Shown: positions 8,514 to 16,512, counted from the first letter of the stretch. The stretch: DNA of 64,000 nucleotides from Dehalococcoidia bacterium (GCA_963664365.1 OY761144.1:2281596-2345595); one strand, 5' to 3'. Notes: generated from the sequence alone by a model not told the origin. Translations and numbers: made by a program.

Positions 8514-10092
8514 TATCCTCTCCTTTCTCCGTGAACAAGAACGACAGTCCATTGTTGCCGCGTATGCGTCCCTCGAACAATCCCTCGGCGGCAACGCGGG
8601 CCTTGTAACGTTCAATCTCAGGACATGGTAGGGAGTCTATGGCGTCGTCCAGAATCTCGCGGGCGTGGTCAACCACGCCGTCCTTGTCGTCGTTCATCAG
8701 CCACTCGTTGAGGATGCGCTGCCGTTCATCCCTGTCATCGGCCTCGAACTCCGTCTGAAGGGCCTCAAAGAATTGGTCATCCACGATCTCGTCTAGTCTA
8801 TTCAACCAGGGACGAGCGAGGTTTCTATGCTCCGGGCTGACCTTGTCGGTCTCGCCTCTGGCCAAGAAGACCTGGATCGCATGGCTGAGTATTCGTTGGA
8901 CTATGCCGATCTGCTCAATGCGTTTGTTGGCGATCTGGCCGAGATCGTCCGTCGCTGGGCCTCCACGTAGCATGGCCGACTCTAGTTTCTTCCGAATGGG
9001 GATCGTACGCTCGTAGTAGCCCTCGGTCTTTCCTTGTCCACGCACCATCCCGCGCGCAACGAGTTGCATCGTGTCCAAAGAGTGAATCTCAGCGTTCGTT
9101 GGTCTGCACAGAATTGGCCGATCCCATTTGACGAGGTAGTCCACCGTGCGCTTGTAGGTGAACCCCCCGGAGGCGAGTGTCAGCGACTTGTTGCTGCCTT
9201 GGTCAACTGGAGTCCAAGGGTCACCCGTGATGCCGTTGAGCGCTTTGGCCTCGATACGGGCAGACTTCGACGTCGCCCTGACGGTATGTAGCCTTCCGTC
9301 GTCTCCGACGCGCAGACGTATTCGCCGGCAGACCTCTATGTAAAGAGGGTCAAGATCATTCAAGAGCAACGATTCCGACTTCGCGCCATCCCATGGAATA
9401 GTCCAGAGAAGGCCGGCGCCGCCCTCCCTCATGGGAAAGTTGTCCAACAGGTCGTTATATCGCTCCAACAGCACGACGATGTCGCGTCGGACATGTCCGC
9501 CCGTTCGGGTGGACGGGGTGACGCTGAACGCGGGTCTGCTGCCCAGTCCGCCGTTCATCCGCGAGATGCCATAGTTGCCCGCCCCCGAGAACCCCTCTGA
9601 AGTCTGAAGGCTGATCAGCGCGAGAATCAGGTCGTCATATTCGCTTGCGACGGCGACAGCCGATTTCACATCATGATTCTTGGACGTAACCAGCATGTCC
9701 AGCTCGTCAGGTGTTTGAACCGTGCTCTTGTACTCGGTTGCCTTGTCTTCAGAGGACGCGGGCGGCTGCATGAACGCGGGCTTGGTGATGTCGTCTACCA
9801 CCAAGTGACAAGGTTCGTCGTCGGGGAAGTCCGGCAGCGTGAGGCCGCGAATGAGGTTGTACCAAGTCTCGGCGTCCGCCGGGGGATCGGTCATGTCCGC
9901 CTTGTGCATCGCCATCGCCCCAAGCTGGACGAGGAAGGCGTGCCATGCGTGTCGCTGGTGAGGCCGCAGGGCGGTGAAGGCTTCCACCTCGTTCGCCATG
10001 AGCGCGGCATAGACTTCCGGCAGCGACGCCTTCTCGCGTGAGCCGTCGGATAGGTTCATTCGGATTAGGCGGTCATCTAAGATGTTGTGCAT
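8503..10092 (-). CDS. cse1: Cse1 (CasA/Cas8e) large Cascade subunit
   Basis: 529-aa ORF, MHNILDDRLIRMNLSDGSREKASLPEVYAALMANEVEAFTALRPHQRHAWHAFLVQL, a Cas8e N-terminal pattern. First gene of the Cascade block. Confidence 0.88.
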   Translation of the reverse strand: MHNILDDRLIRMNLSDGSREKASLPEVYAALMANEVEAFTALRPHQRHAWHAFLVQLGAMAMHKADMTDPPADAETWYNLIRGLTLPDFPDDEPCHLVVDDITKPAFMQPPASSEDKATEYKSTVQTPDELDMLVTSKNHDVKSAVAVASEYDDLILALISLQTSEGFSGAGNYGISRMNGGLGSRPAFSVTPSTRTGGHVRRDIVVLLERYNDLLDNFPMREGGAGLLWTIPWDGAKSESLLLNDLDPLYIEVCRRIRLRVGDDGRLHTVRATSKSARIEAKALNGITGDPWTPVDQGSNKSLTLASGGFTYKRTVDYLVKWDRPILCRPTNAEIHSLDTMQLVARGMVRGQGKTEGYYERTIPIRKKLESAMLRGGPATDDLGQIANKRIEQIGIVQRILSHAIQVFLARGETDKVSPEHRNLARPWLNRLDEIVDDQFFEALQTEFEADDRDERQRILNEWLMNDDKDGVVDHAREILDDAIDSLPCPEIERYKARVAAEGLFEGRIRGNNGLSFLFTEKGEDNDN

Positions 10093-10137
10093 AGGTGAAT
10101 CTCTTCTCCTACCAAGATATAGGTTGCCGGCGGCTGT

Positions 10138-10299
10138 TTAAGCACTGTTGTTTCTGGTATTATTATTGAGGATACTGATCGCAGACCTGAGTGTCCTGCA
10201 CTCGAAATTGAGCTTGTCGTACTTGTATTTAGCTTTTGCCAATTGAATCTCCCTGTGTTTAAGGCTATTCTCGAGGGCAGATTGTGGTGATGGTTTCAT
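10138..10299 (-). CDS. Small ORF (53 aa) in the cas3-cse1 gap, function unknown
   Basis: ATG at 10299 preceded by GAGG (6-nt spacing). Translation MKPSPQSALENSLKHREIQLAKAKYKYDKLNFECRTLRSAISILNNNTRNNSA. Codons mostly A/T-ending (AAA, AAT x3 in a row, AGA, AGG, TTG), unlike neighbouring genes. Below the ORF-track length cutoff. Coding status unproven. Confidence 0.3.
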   Translation of the reverse strand: MKPSPQSALENSLKHREIQLAKAKYKYDKLNFECRTLRSAISILNNNTRNNSA

Positions 10300-10337
10300 C
10301 AGCTGCCTCTGCTGAAACTTACCTAATCCAGATATTC

Positions 10338-10366
10338 ACCCTAGCAGACTATTCCTCCGCCGTCAA
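10338..10366 (-). promoter_or_regulatory. Candidate promoter for the small ORF (TTGACG-17-TAGGGT)
   Basis: The minus strand reads TTGACG (10366-10361), a 17-nt spacer, then TAGGGT (10343-10338), about 40 nt upstream of the 10299 ATG. Confidence 0.3.
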
Positions 10367-10442
10367 CCCCATGGTTGGCCAAAATCGGTTTTTGGCCTAG
10401 CTTAAGATGATGTATAGCATCCTATATTTCGCTGATTACGAA

Positions 10443-10451
10443 TGATATATT
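10443..10451 (+). promoter_or_regulatory. Candidate extended -10 promoter (TGATATATT) for the psi-CRISPR unit
   Basis: A TGnTATAAT-like element on the plus strand ends about 10 nt before psiR1 (10461). Confidence 0.35.
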
Positions 10452-10460
10452 AGCATCAAG

Positions 10461-10534
10461 AGCCTCATGCGAGGCGATAGACCCATCTGCATCAGTTTAG
10501 TGCAGTTTTCCCCATACACATGGGGTCCTCGACC
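10461..10534 (+). ncRNA. Degenerate CRISPR-like unit psiR1 - 21-nt psi-spacer - psiR2 (CreA/CreR-like candidate)
   Basis: psiR1 (10461-10483) AGCCTCATGCGAGGCGATAGACC is a 5-bp hairpin followed by the exact last 8 nt of the repeat. psiR2 (10505-10534) GTTTTCCCCATACACATGGGGTCCTCGACC keeps the ACAC loop and a 6-bp stem via two compensatory changes relative to CCCCGCACACGCGGGG, and ends in GACC. Confidence 0.55.
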
Positions 10535-10551
10535 GCCGGGGCTGTGTCCGC

Positions 10552-13251
10552 CTAGAGTTGGCGCAGCCCTAGGCGGTCGTACACGAAGCGGCGGTCACCG
10601 ACGGCGAACGTGAAGCCGCCCTCTGTCGGAGACGGGGTCTCCGGCGCCTCTCCCTCCGGCAGCCAGCGCACGGCGACGGACAGCTTGTTTATCTTCTTCG
10701 AGGCGTCGAACGGGCTGGGCTGAGGCGGGTCGAGGGATAGGTCTATGCGGTCGTCGCCGAGCCGCGTCCGAATCTTTTCTTCTTTGGCTCTGAAGAGAAC
10801 GTCGCCATTCGTCATCTCTGGAAACTTGAAGAACCGCTCGCCACGCTTGATGGTGACGCCGCTGGCGGTTTGCCCGTCTCCTATATCGCCGCCCTTGATT
10901 TGCTTCGTGTGTTCCTCCCATTTCTCGCCCTTCTCCTCGGAGATGGCCTTCAGCGCCTCGGGATGGGTCGCGCGCTCGACTAGTTGGCGGTTCATCTTTG
11001 GGATGCGCCATTCGGGGTGTTCGCAGATCAAGCGCCGCGTCGCTTCGAGAATGGCTAGGTTGGGGTACACGTGGCCCTTCGGACCGAGGCCGTTGGCGTA
11101 CTGTCCACTGTCCAGCAGGGGCGACAGATCGCCGCCGTCCGGCGTCAGGACGATGCACTTGGGGGAGTCGTAGCGGTCGGGACGGTCGTTGTCTTTGTGA
11201 CGGTGGAGGCGTCCGATGCGCTGGAGGAGGACGTCCACCGGGCAGAGGTCGGTTATGAGGAGGTCGGCGTCGATGTCGAGGGACTGTTCGAGGGTCTGAG
11301 TTCCGACGACGACGCGGCCTCCGGACTGCCTGCCCTTGCCGAGCAGTTCTTCTATTCGGTTGTCGAGCATCGCGCGGTCGCCGGCGGCGAACCGCCCGTG
11401 ATGCAGGGTCGTCTTTCCCATAAGGTCGAACAGCATGCCCCGGTCATCTTGACCGGCTATCTCTTCGAGCGCCTGCTGGGTTTCGACGGCGTGGCCTACG
11501 GTGTTCCTCACGACGAGAACCTTGGCGCCGGCGCGGGCGGCGTTCAGGGCGCGTTGTGCGGCGCTCTTGAAGTCGCGCATGGCGGGCGTCGCTTCCATGG
11601 AGACCGTCTTCTTCCGGTCGTTCTCGCCGGGGTCGGACATGTCCGCTCTCGTGCTGACGGCGGGGTATGGCTTGCGTATCTCATCGTCGAGAGCCGAATC
11701 GTTAAGGTCTCCCCTGCGTCCGCGATTCAGCCAGCGACGGCGGGCAGCGGAGCCGAGCGTGGCGGACATGAGAAGCGCGTATCCGCCCGCGCCGACGTGG
11801 GCATCGAGCAGCGCTTCGAGGACGACGCTCATGTAGGTGTCGGAGGCGTGTACCTCGTCCACGACGAGCAGGTTGCGGGCGAGGCAGGCGGCGCGCATGT
11901 GGGCGTTCTTGACTTTGAGCGCGCCCATCATGGCTTGATCGACAGTGCCGACGGCGACCTGGGCGGCGAGGTATCGCTTGCGGTTCTCGGATGCCCAGGG
12001 CCTGTCGTGGTCTTCATTGTGGCCGGCAGAGAGGGAGTCGTAGTCCCGCATTGCTACTTTGGCCGCGTCTTTGCCGGGTTCGTAGCCGGGCACGGCGCGC
12101 ACGACGGGCGGAGCGTCAAGGGGAAAGAGGTTGGCGATGAAACTCTCGACCCGCCCGTGTATCTGTTTGGCGGCGGAGCGTGTCGGCAGGGCGAAGTAGA
12201 TGCCGTCCACCAGTCTTTTCTCGTACATCTTGGCGAACCGCCATAGCGCGGCCTCCGTCTTGCCGGAGCCGGTCTCGGACTCGATGATGACGAGGGGTTC
12301 TTCCAGTGGCGTTTTGGTTGCGGCCTCCTGGATGGCGTTGGGCGGCTTGTCGATTTTGGGGAACAACTCCCCGAATTCGGGCACGCCCTTGAAGTCGTTT
12401 CTCTGAGCGGACAGATTCAGCCCTATCCCGTCGATAGCTCGCTTGGCGCGCTCCCTGGCAGTGTCAATGTAGTCGTCACGGGGTTCATCGCAGTATTCGA
12501 AGTAACATTCGTCGGAGCCGATCCAGTCGGCCCAGTTGCACAGGCCCAAGAACATGTGCTGAAAAGCGGGAGCGGCCGGCAGCGCAGACCCTCCCTGCTT
12601 GAACGCCTCAGGGAACCAGTCGCGAAGTCGCTTGCCGATGTCCTCAACGAAGCGGCGCGGACTCAGGTCGCCGAACTTGCGCCAGATAGCCGGGTTCTTG
12701 CTCAGGTCACTTTCCAGTTGCAGAGGCTTGCCGTGATGCGAGAGCGTAGCGACCAGCATCCCGCAGACAGTCTCGCCCTCCCTGTCGTCCCAAGTTAGGA
12801 AGTCGTCCCACCATCCCAGCGCGTCGAAGAACCACTCGGCGGTCTCTCGATCTTTATTGGCGTCGAGGACCGGAACCATATCGTTAGTGTGGCCGGCCCA
12901 ACCGGGCTCTCGTCTGCCCTGAAAGTCCTCGGGCCGCCATACCTTTGTCTGAAAGCCCATGTTGGCCTTGCCGATGTCGTGGAGGGCGGCGAACACGGAA
13001 AGTCGGGCAATGAGCGACTCGTCTAGGTCGTCGAGGCCGGCGGTCGTGGCGAGACGCTTCCGGATGGTGGGCTGTTGGACCAGGGCCTCGAAGCAGGCGC
13101 CGACGTCGGCTAGGTGGTGTTCGAGCAGGTGGATTCGTTTGGGATAGGCGTCGCGCGGCTCGGCCTTTGCCCAGTGGTATCGGGTATAAATCGCGGGTTC
13201 CATGTTGTTCATCGTCACTGCGCTCCCAATAGGCATTGTACAGGTACGCAA
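10552..13251 (-). CDS. cas3: Cas3 HD nuclease / DEAH helicase (I-E)
   Basis: 899-aa ORF with HD motifs (LLEHHLADV, ALHDIGKAN), Walker A ESETGSGKTEAAL and VVDEVHA. The true start may be ATG 13212 (GGGAG upstream) rather than TTG 13251. Confidence 0.93.
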   Translation of the reverse strand: MRTCTMPIGSAVTMNNMEPAIYTRYHWAKAEPRDAYPKRIHLLEHHLADVGACFEALVQQPTIRKRLATTAGLDDLDESLIARLSVFAALHDIGKANMGFQTKVWRPEDFQGRREPGWAGHTNDMVPVLDANKDRETAEWFFDALGWWDDFLTWDDREGETVCGMLVATLSHHGKPLQLESDLSKNPAIWRKFGDLSPRRFVEDIGKRLRDWFPEAFKQGGSALPAAPAFQHMFLGLCNWADWIGSDECYFEYCDEPRDDYIDTARERAKRAIDGIGLNLSAQRNDFKGVPEFGELFPKIDKPPNAIQEAATKTPLEEPLVIIESETGSGKTEAALWRFAKMYEKRLVDGIYFALPTRSAAKQIHGRVESFIANLFPLDAPPVVRAVPGYEPGKDAAKVAMRDYDSLSAGHNEDHDRPWASENRKRYLAAQVAVGTVDQAMMGALKVKNAHMRAACLARNLLVVDEVHASDTYMSVVLEALLDAHVGAGGYALLMSATLGSAARRRWLNRGRRGDLNDSALDDEIRKPYPAVSTRADMSDPGENDRKKTVSMEATPAMRDFKSAAQRALNAARAGAKVLVVRNTVGHAVETQQALEEIAGQDDRGMLFDLMGKTTLHHGRFAAGDRAMLDNRIEELLGKGRQSGGRVVVGTQTLEQSLDIDADLLITDLCPVDVLLQRIGRLHRHKDNDRPDRYDSPKCIVLTPDGGDLSPLLDSGQYANGLGPKGHVYPNLAILEATRRLICEHPEWRIPKMNRQLVERATHPEALKAISEEKGEKWEEHTKQIKGGDIGDGQTASGVTIKRGERFFKFPEMTNGDVLFRAKEEKIRTRLGDDRIDLSLDPPQPSPFDASKKINKLSVAVRWLPEGEAPETPSPTEGGFTFAVGDRRFVYDRLGLRQL

Positions 13252-13287
13252 ACATCCCGTCGCCGGAGGTCGCAGTTCAGGGCGTCA

Positions 13288-13365
13288 TGGTGAGCCGGCT
13301 GGGATTCGAACCCAGGACACCCTGATTAAAAGTCAGGTGCTCTGACCAAGCTGAGCTACCGGCCC
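13288..13365 (-). tRNA. tRNA-Lys (anticodon UUU), CCA encoded
   Basis: The minus strand reads GGGCCGGTAGCTCAGCTTGGTCAGAGCACCTGACTTTTAATCAGGGTGTCCTGGGTTCGAATCCCAGCCGGCTCACCA. It has a 7-bp acceptor stem, a GGTTCGAATCC T-arm and anticodon loop CTTTTAA. Confidence 0.9.
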
Positions 13366-13389
13366 ACGACTGTCGATGAGGGTGATAGT

Positions 13390-13419
13390 ATAGTAGCGTT
13401 GGCGGCGGATCAGTTACAA
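13390..13419 (-). promoter_or_regulatory. Candidate tRNA-Lys promoter (TTGTAA-18-TACTAT)
   Basis: Minus-strand hexamers with an 18-nt spacer lie about 25 nt upstream of the tRNA 5' end. Confidence 0.3.
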
Positions 13420-13442
13420 GACCATTATTCCCGCGAGGCGCT

Positions 13443-13760
13443 ATGCCGAGACCGATCTACGATAAGATACTCGACGTGGTCCGACAGATACCCCACGGCC
13501 AGGTCGCCACTTACGGCCAAGTCGCCATGATCGCCGGAGGCTGCACGCCCCGCATGGTCGGATACTGCCTCGCCGCGCTCGCCGCCGACAACGATGTCCC
13601 CTGGCAGCGCGTAATCAACCACAAGGGGATGGTGAGTCCTCGGACCAGCGGACACGGCAGCCAACTCCAGCGCGAGTTGCTCATCGAAGAAGGCGTGGAG
13701 TTCGACGCAGGCGGTCGTGTCAGCTTCAGAAAGTTCGGATGGATGGACCCCTATGCCTGA
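13443..13760 (+). CDS. Alkyltransferase-like (ATL) / MGMT-family DNA-binding protein lacking the catalytic Cys
   Basis: 105 aa, IPHGQVATYGQVA...VPWQRVIN. The MGMT C-terminal fold is present but PCHRV is replaced by PWQRV, as in ATL/YbaZ proteins. Confidence 0.8.
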   Translation: MPRPIYDKILDVVRQIPHGQVATYGQVAMIAGGCTPRMVGYCLAALAADNDVPWQRVINHKGMVSPRTSGHGSQLQRELLIEEGVEFDAGGRVSFRKFGWMDPYA

Positions 13761-14571
13761 AGCCCCGGAATTGCAGGTTGTCGCTGAGTTCCTCGGAGAA
13801 CGGCTACCCAGCAGCGCGATAGCCAGCGCCAACATACTCAAGCCCATCGTCAGGTCGCTGGCGGGCGACATGGAGGAGGATGCCGAGGGGCGCAGGTTCG
13901 AGTCGGTCGAACGAAGAGGCAAGTTCGTGCTGCTAGGACTGTCTGGCGGAAGGTCCGTCGTCATCAACCCCAAGCTGACCGGCGCGCTCCAATACTGCGC
14001 CAGCAAGACCAGGGTGCAGAAGCGCACCTGCGTACGCTTCCGACTCGACGGCGGCGTGGACCTCCGCTATACCGACGACCGGCAGATGGGCCAGTTCTAC
14101 TACGTCGGCGATGACCGTGTAGAGCAAGTTCCCGGCATTTCGGAGCAGGGACCGGACGTGTTGGACGATATCGAATTCGACGAGTTCGAGAACCGCCTAA
14201 AGAGGTTCCACGGCGAGATAAAGGGCGTACTGGCAAGGGGGCAGGTCATATCCGGAATAGGCAACGCCTACGCCGACGAGATACTGTTTGCCGCCCGCGT
14301 GTACCCGTTCAGGCGCCGCAAGGAGCTCTCCGAAGACGAGCTCCGCCGCATCCATGCCTGTTCCCGGCAGGTGGTTCTGGAGGCTATCGAAGATGTCAGG
14401 GGCCGAATGGGAGACAGAATAGACCACAAGGTTAGGGACTTCCTCAAGGTACACAACAGGGGCGGCCAGCCCTGCCCCGCCTGCGGCAACAAGATAACCG
14501 AGCTCAGGGCCAACCAGCGCATCACCAGCTACTGCCGCCGATGCCAACCCGGTATGCTGCTCAAGAACTGA
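13753..14571 (+). CDS. Fpg/Nei family DNA glycosylase-AP lyase
   Basis: Starts MPEAPELQVV (the N-terminal Pro nucleophile follows Met). C-terminal zinc finger CPACGNKITELRANQRITSYCRRCQ. Start chosen at ATG 13753, overlapping the ATL stop by 8 nt. Confidence 0.88.
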   Translation: MPEAPELQVVAEFLGERLPSSAIASANILKPIVRSLAGDMEEDAEGRRFESVERRGKFVLLGLSGGRSVVINPKLTGALQYCASKTRVQKRTCVRFRLDGGVDLRYTDDRQMGQFYYVGDDRVEQVPGISEQGPDVLDDIEFDEFENRLKRFHGEIKGVLARGQVISGIGNAYADEILFAARVYPFRRRKELSEDELRRIHACSRQVVLEAIEDVRGRMGDRIDHKVRDFLKVHNRGGQPCPACGNKITELRANQRITSYCRRCQPGMLLKN

Positions 14572-14666
14572 CCTCTGGGAATCGCCGCCCGGCGGTCGTC
14601 ACCTTGATTACTTGCGCCCCAGTACATAGAATTGAGCCGTGGACGGTTGCTCACGTCCCGTGTCTT

Positions 14667-15113
14667 ATGAACAGAAGAAGAAAAGTCCAAGAGATGATGT
14701 CCGCCGGAGGCGTGGTGTACCGCGTCAACGGAGAACGAGGCATAGAAGTCGCGGTCTGCGGCCTGCGCTGCCCTCCCCTACGCGCGCTGCCAAAGGGAAC
14801 CCCGGATCCCGGCGAGACCGAGGAGCAGACCGCGCTCAGGGAGGTCCGCGAGGAGACCGGCCTCGAAGTAGTTTCCGAACACTACATAGACAGTATAGAA
14901 TACTGGTTCGTGCGTTCCCAGGACGGAGTCAGATGCCACAAGGTAGTACACTTCTACCTGATGAAGGCCGTGGGCGGAGACATCTCCCAACACGACCACG
15001 AATTCGACTTCGTAACGTGGACGCCCGCTGAAGACTGCCGCCGGACTCTCACCTACGAGAACGAGGTGAAAATTGTTCAAAAAGGTCTTTCCCTGGTCGA
15101 TCGGGAAGCCTGA
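14667..15113 (+). CDS. NUDIX hydrolase
   Basis: Nudix box GTPDPGETEEQTALREVREETGLEV (GX5EX7REVXEEXGL). Start uncertain (ATG 14667 or 14694). The ORF-track start at 14541 overlaps fpg. Confidence 0.8.
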   Translation: MNRRRKVQEMMSAGGVVYRVNGERGIEVAVCGLRCPPLRALPKGTPDPGETEEQTALREVREETGLEVVSEHYIDSIEYWFVRSQDGVRCHKVVHFYLMKAVGGDISQHDHEFDFVTWTPAEDCRRTLTYENEVKIVQKGLSLVDREA

Positions 15114-15705
15114 TCGGATTGAGGGACGCGACAACGTCCTCATCTCCGGCGATAAGATAGTCCTGCGCGAAAAGCGCGCCTCGGACATTCCCGACGACTA
15201 CGAGTGGCGCTCCGACCCTGAGCTCGCCGAACTCGACGCCACCCGCCCATTGCACATGAGCTACTCAGACTTCGACCGATACTCCAGGCAGGAGCTATCA
15301 TCCCCTGCCCTCAGGTCGAAGAGGCTCGCCGTGGACACCGCCGACGGCGTACACATCGGCAACGTCATGTTCTACGACATAGACCTGCGCGACGGCGAAG
15401 CCGAGCTAGGCATCATGATCGGCAACAAAGACTACTGGGGACAGGGATACGGCACCGAGACCGTCAAGCTGCTCCTCGACCACATGTTTGAGGCATACCC
15501 CTTCAGCCGCGTCTATCTCCATACCCTGGAATGGAATCGCCGCGCGCAGAAGAGCTTCCACAAATCCGGCTTCAAGGATGTCAAGCCCGTGCGCCGCAGC
15601 GGATTCGACTTCATTCTCATGGAGATATGGCGGCACGAATGGGACGCCGTGAGAAACGGAAGCGACGCCAACGGCGCCCGCGCCTCCGAACTTGCCGCAA
15701 ATTGA
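15073..15705 (+). CDS. GNAT family N-acetyltransferase (RimJ/RimL-like)
   Basis: 210 aa, ELGIMIGNKDYWGQGYGTETVKLLLDHMF...VYLHTLEWNRRAQKSFHKSGF, the acetyl-CoA motif A pattern. TTG start overlaps the NUDIX 3' end. Confidence 0.8.
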   Translation: MFKKVFPWSIGKPDRIEGRDNVLISGDKIVLREKRASDIPDDYEWRSDPELAELDATRPLHMSYSDFDRYSRQELSSPALRSKRLAVDTADGVHIGNVMFYDIDLRDGEAELGIMIGNKDYWGQGYGTETVKLLLDHMFEAYPFSRVYLHTLEWNRRAQKSFHKSGFKDVKPVRRSGFDFILMEIWRHEWDAVRNGSDANGARASELAAN

Positions 15706-15731
15706 CACCGATTTGGCCCAGTGAATATAAT
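15702..15731 (+). promoter_or_regulatory. Consensus sigma70-type promoter upstream of rpmH (TTGACA-18-TATAAT)
   Basis: TTGACA at 15702-15707 and TATAAT at 15726-15731. A GAGGG SD-like motif precedes ATG 15758. Confidence 0.55.
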
Positions 15732-15757
15732 CCCCATGCTAAAGAGGGCCTATCCCA

Positions 15758-15895
15758 ATGCCAAAACGAACATATCAACCCAAGAAGAGACGGCGTATGC
15801 GCGTCCACGGATTCAGGGCGCGAATGCGTACCAAGAGCGGCAGAAGCGTCATCAAGAGGCGGATGTTCAAGGGCCGCCAAAGGCTGACGGTCTGA
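15758..15895 (+). CDS. rpmH: 50S ribosomal protein L34
   Basis: Translated by hand: [45 protein letters not shown] (45 aa). Not in the ORF track because it is under 60 aa. Confidence 0.95.
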   Translation: MPKRTYQPKKRRRMRVHGFRARMRTKSGRSVIKRRMFKGRQRLTV

Positions 15896-15942
15896 GACTC
15901 CGAGCCGGACGCGTCACCGCCTGTACGGACATCAACGCGCAC

Positions 15943-16278
15943 ATGCACTTCGAGCGCCGACTCAGAAAGACCCGCGACTTCGCGACGGTCAGGCGCGAGG
16001 GCAAGAGCCGGTCCGACGGGAGGTTGGTCGTCATCGCGCGGCGCAGCGAAGCCAAGACTCGCTTCGGATTCTCCGTAAGCAAGCGGCTCGGCAAGGCCGT
16101 CACTCGAAACAAGATCAAACGGCGGCTGAAGTCCGCGGCGGCCTCGGCAAGAGTCCAAGAGGGTTGGGACGTGGTTGTAATCGCGAGGCAGGGCGCGGCG
16201 CCTTCTACATACTGGCAGCTAAGGCGGTCCATGAACCGGCTGCTCAAGCGGCTCGGCATATCTATATCGAAAAACTAA
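15943..16278 (+). CDS. rnpA: RNase P protein component
   Basis: MHFERRLRKTRDFATVRREGKSRSDGRLVV...SKRLGKAVTRNKIKRRLK. Immediately downstream of rpmH. Start chosen at the internal ATG of the 15721 ORF. Confidence 0.88.
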   Translation: MHFERRLRKTRDFATVRREGKSRSDGRLVVIARRSEAKTRFGFSVSKRLGKAVTRNKIKRRLKSAAASARVQEGWDVVVIARQGAAPSTYWQLRRSMNRLLKRLGISISKN

Positions 16279-16295
16279 ACGGCACGGAGGTTCGC

Positions 16296-16508
16296 TTGAT
16301 TCGCAGATTGGCCCTTGGGGGCATCAGGATTTACCAGGGCGCGGTATCGCCCTACCTTCCCCCATCGTGCCGGTACGACCCGTCCTGCTCCGACTACGCA
16401 TACGAAGCGGTCGCCAAGTACGGCCTCCCTAAAGGAGCATGGATGGCTATGAAACGTCTCGGCCGCTGCCGACCCTTCGGCGCGCGCGGATTCGACCCCG
16501 TGCGGTAA
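16296..16508 (+). CDS. yidD: Membrane protein insertion efficiency factor YidD
   Basis: IRIYQGAVSPYLPPSCRYDPSCSDYAYEAVAKYGLPKGAWMAMKRLGRCRPF. TTG 16296 follows a GGAGG SD. Confidence 0.88.
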   Translation: MIRRLALGGIRIYQGAVSPYLPPSCRYDPSCSDYAYEAVAKYGLPKGAWMAMKRLGRCRPFGARGFDPVR

Positions 16509-16512
16509 CGCT

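Noticed and set aside
10330-10350. Second psi-spacer seed match (AG-TCTGC) inside the putative small-ORF promoter
   Set aside because: Only 5 contiguous nucleotides match, which is expected by chance in a gap of this size.
10548-10576. Hairpin CCGCCTAG-13 nt-CTAGGCGG spanning the cas3 stop codon as a cas3 terminator
   Set aside because: The loop is long and no U-tract follows on the cas3 strand. It may simply be coincidental GC-rich self-complementarity, so it was not called as a feature.
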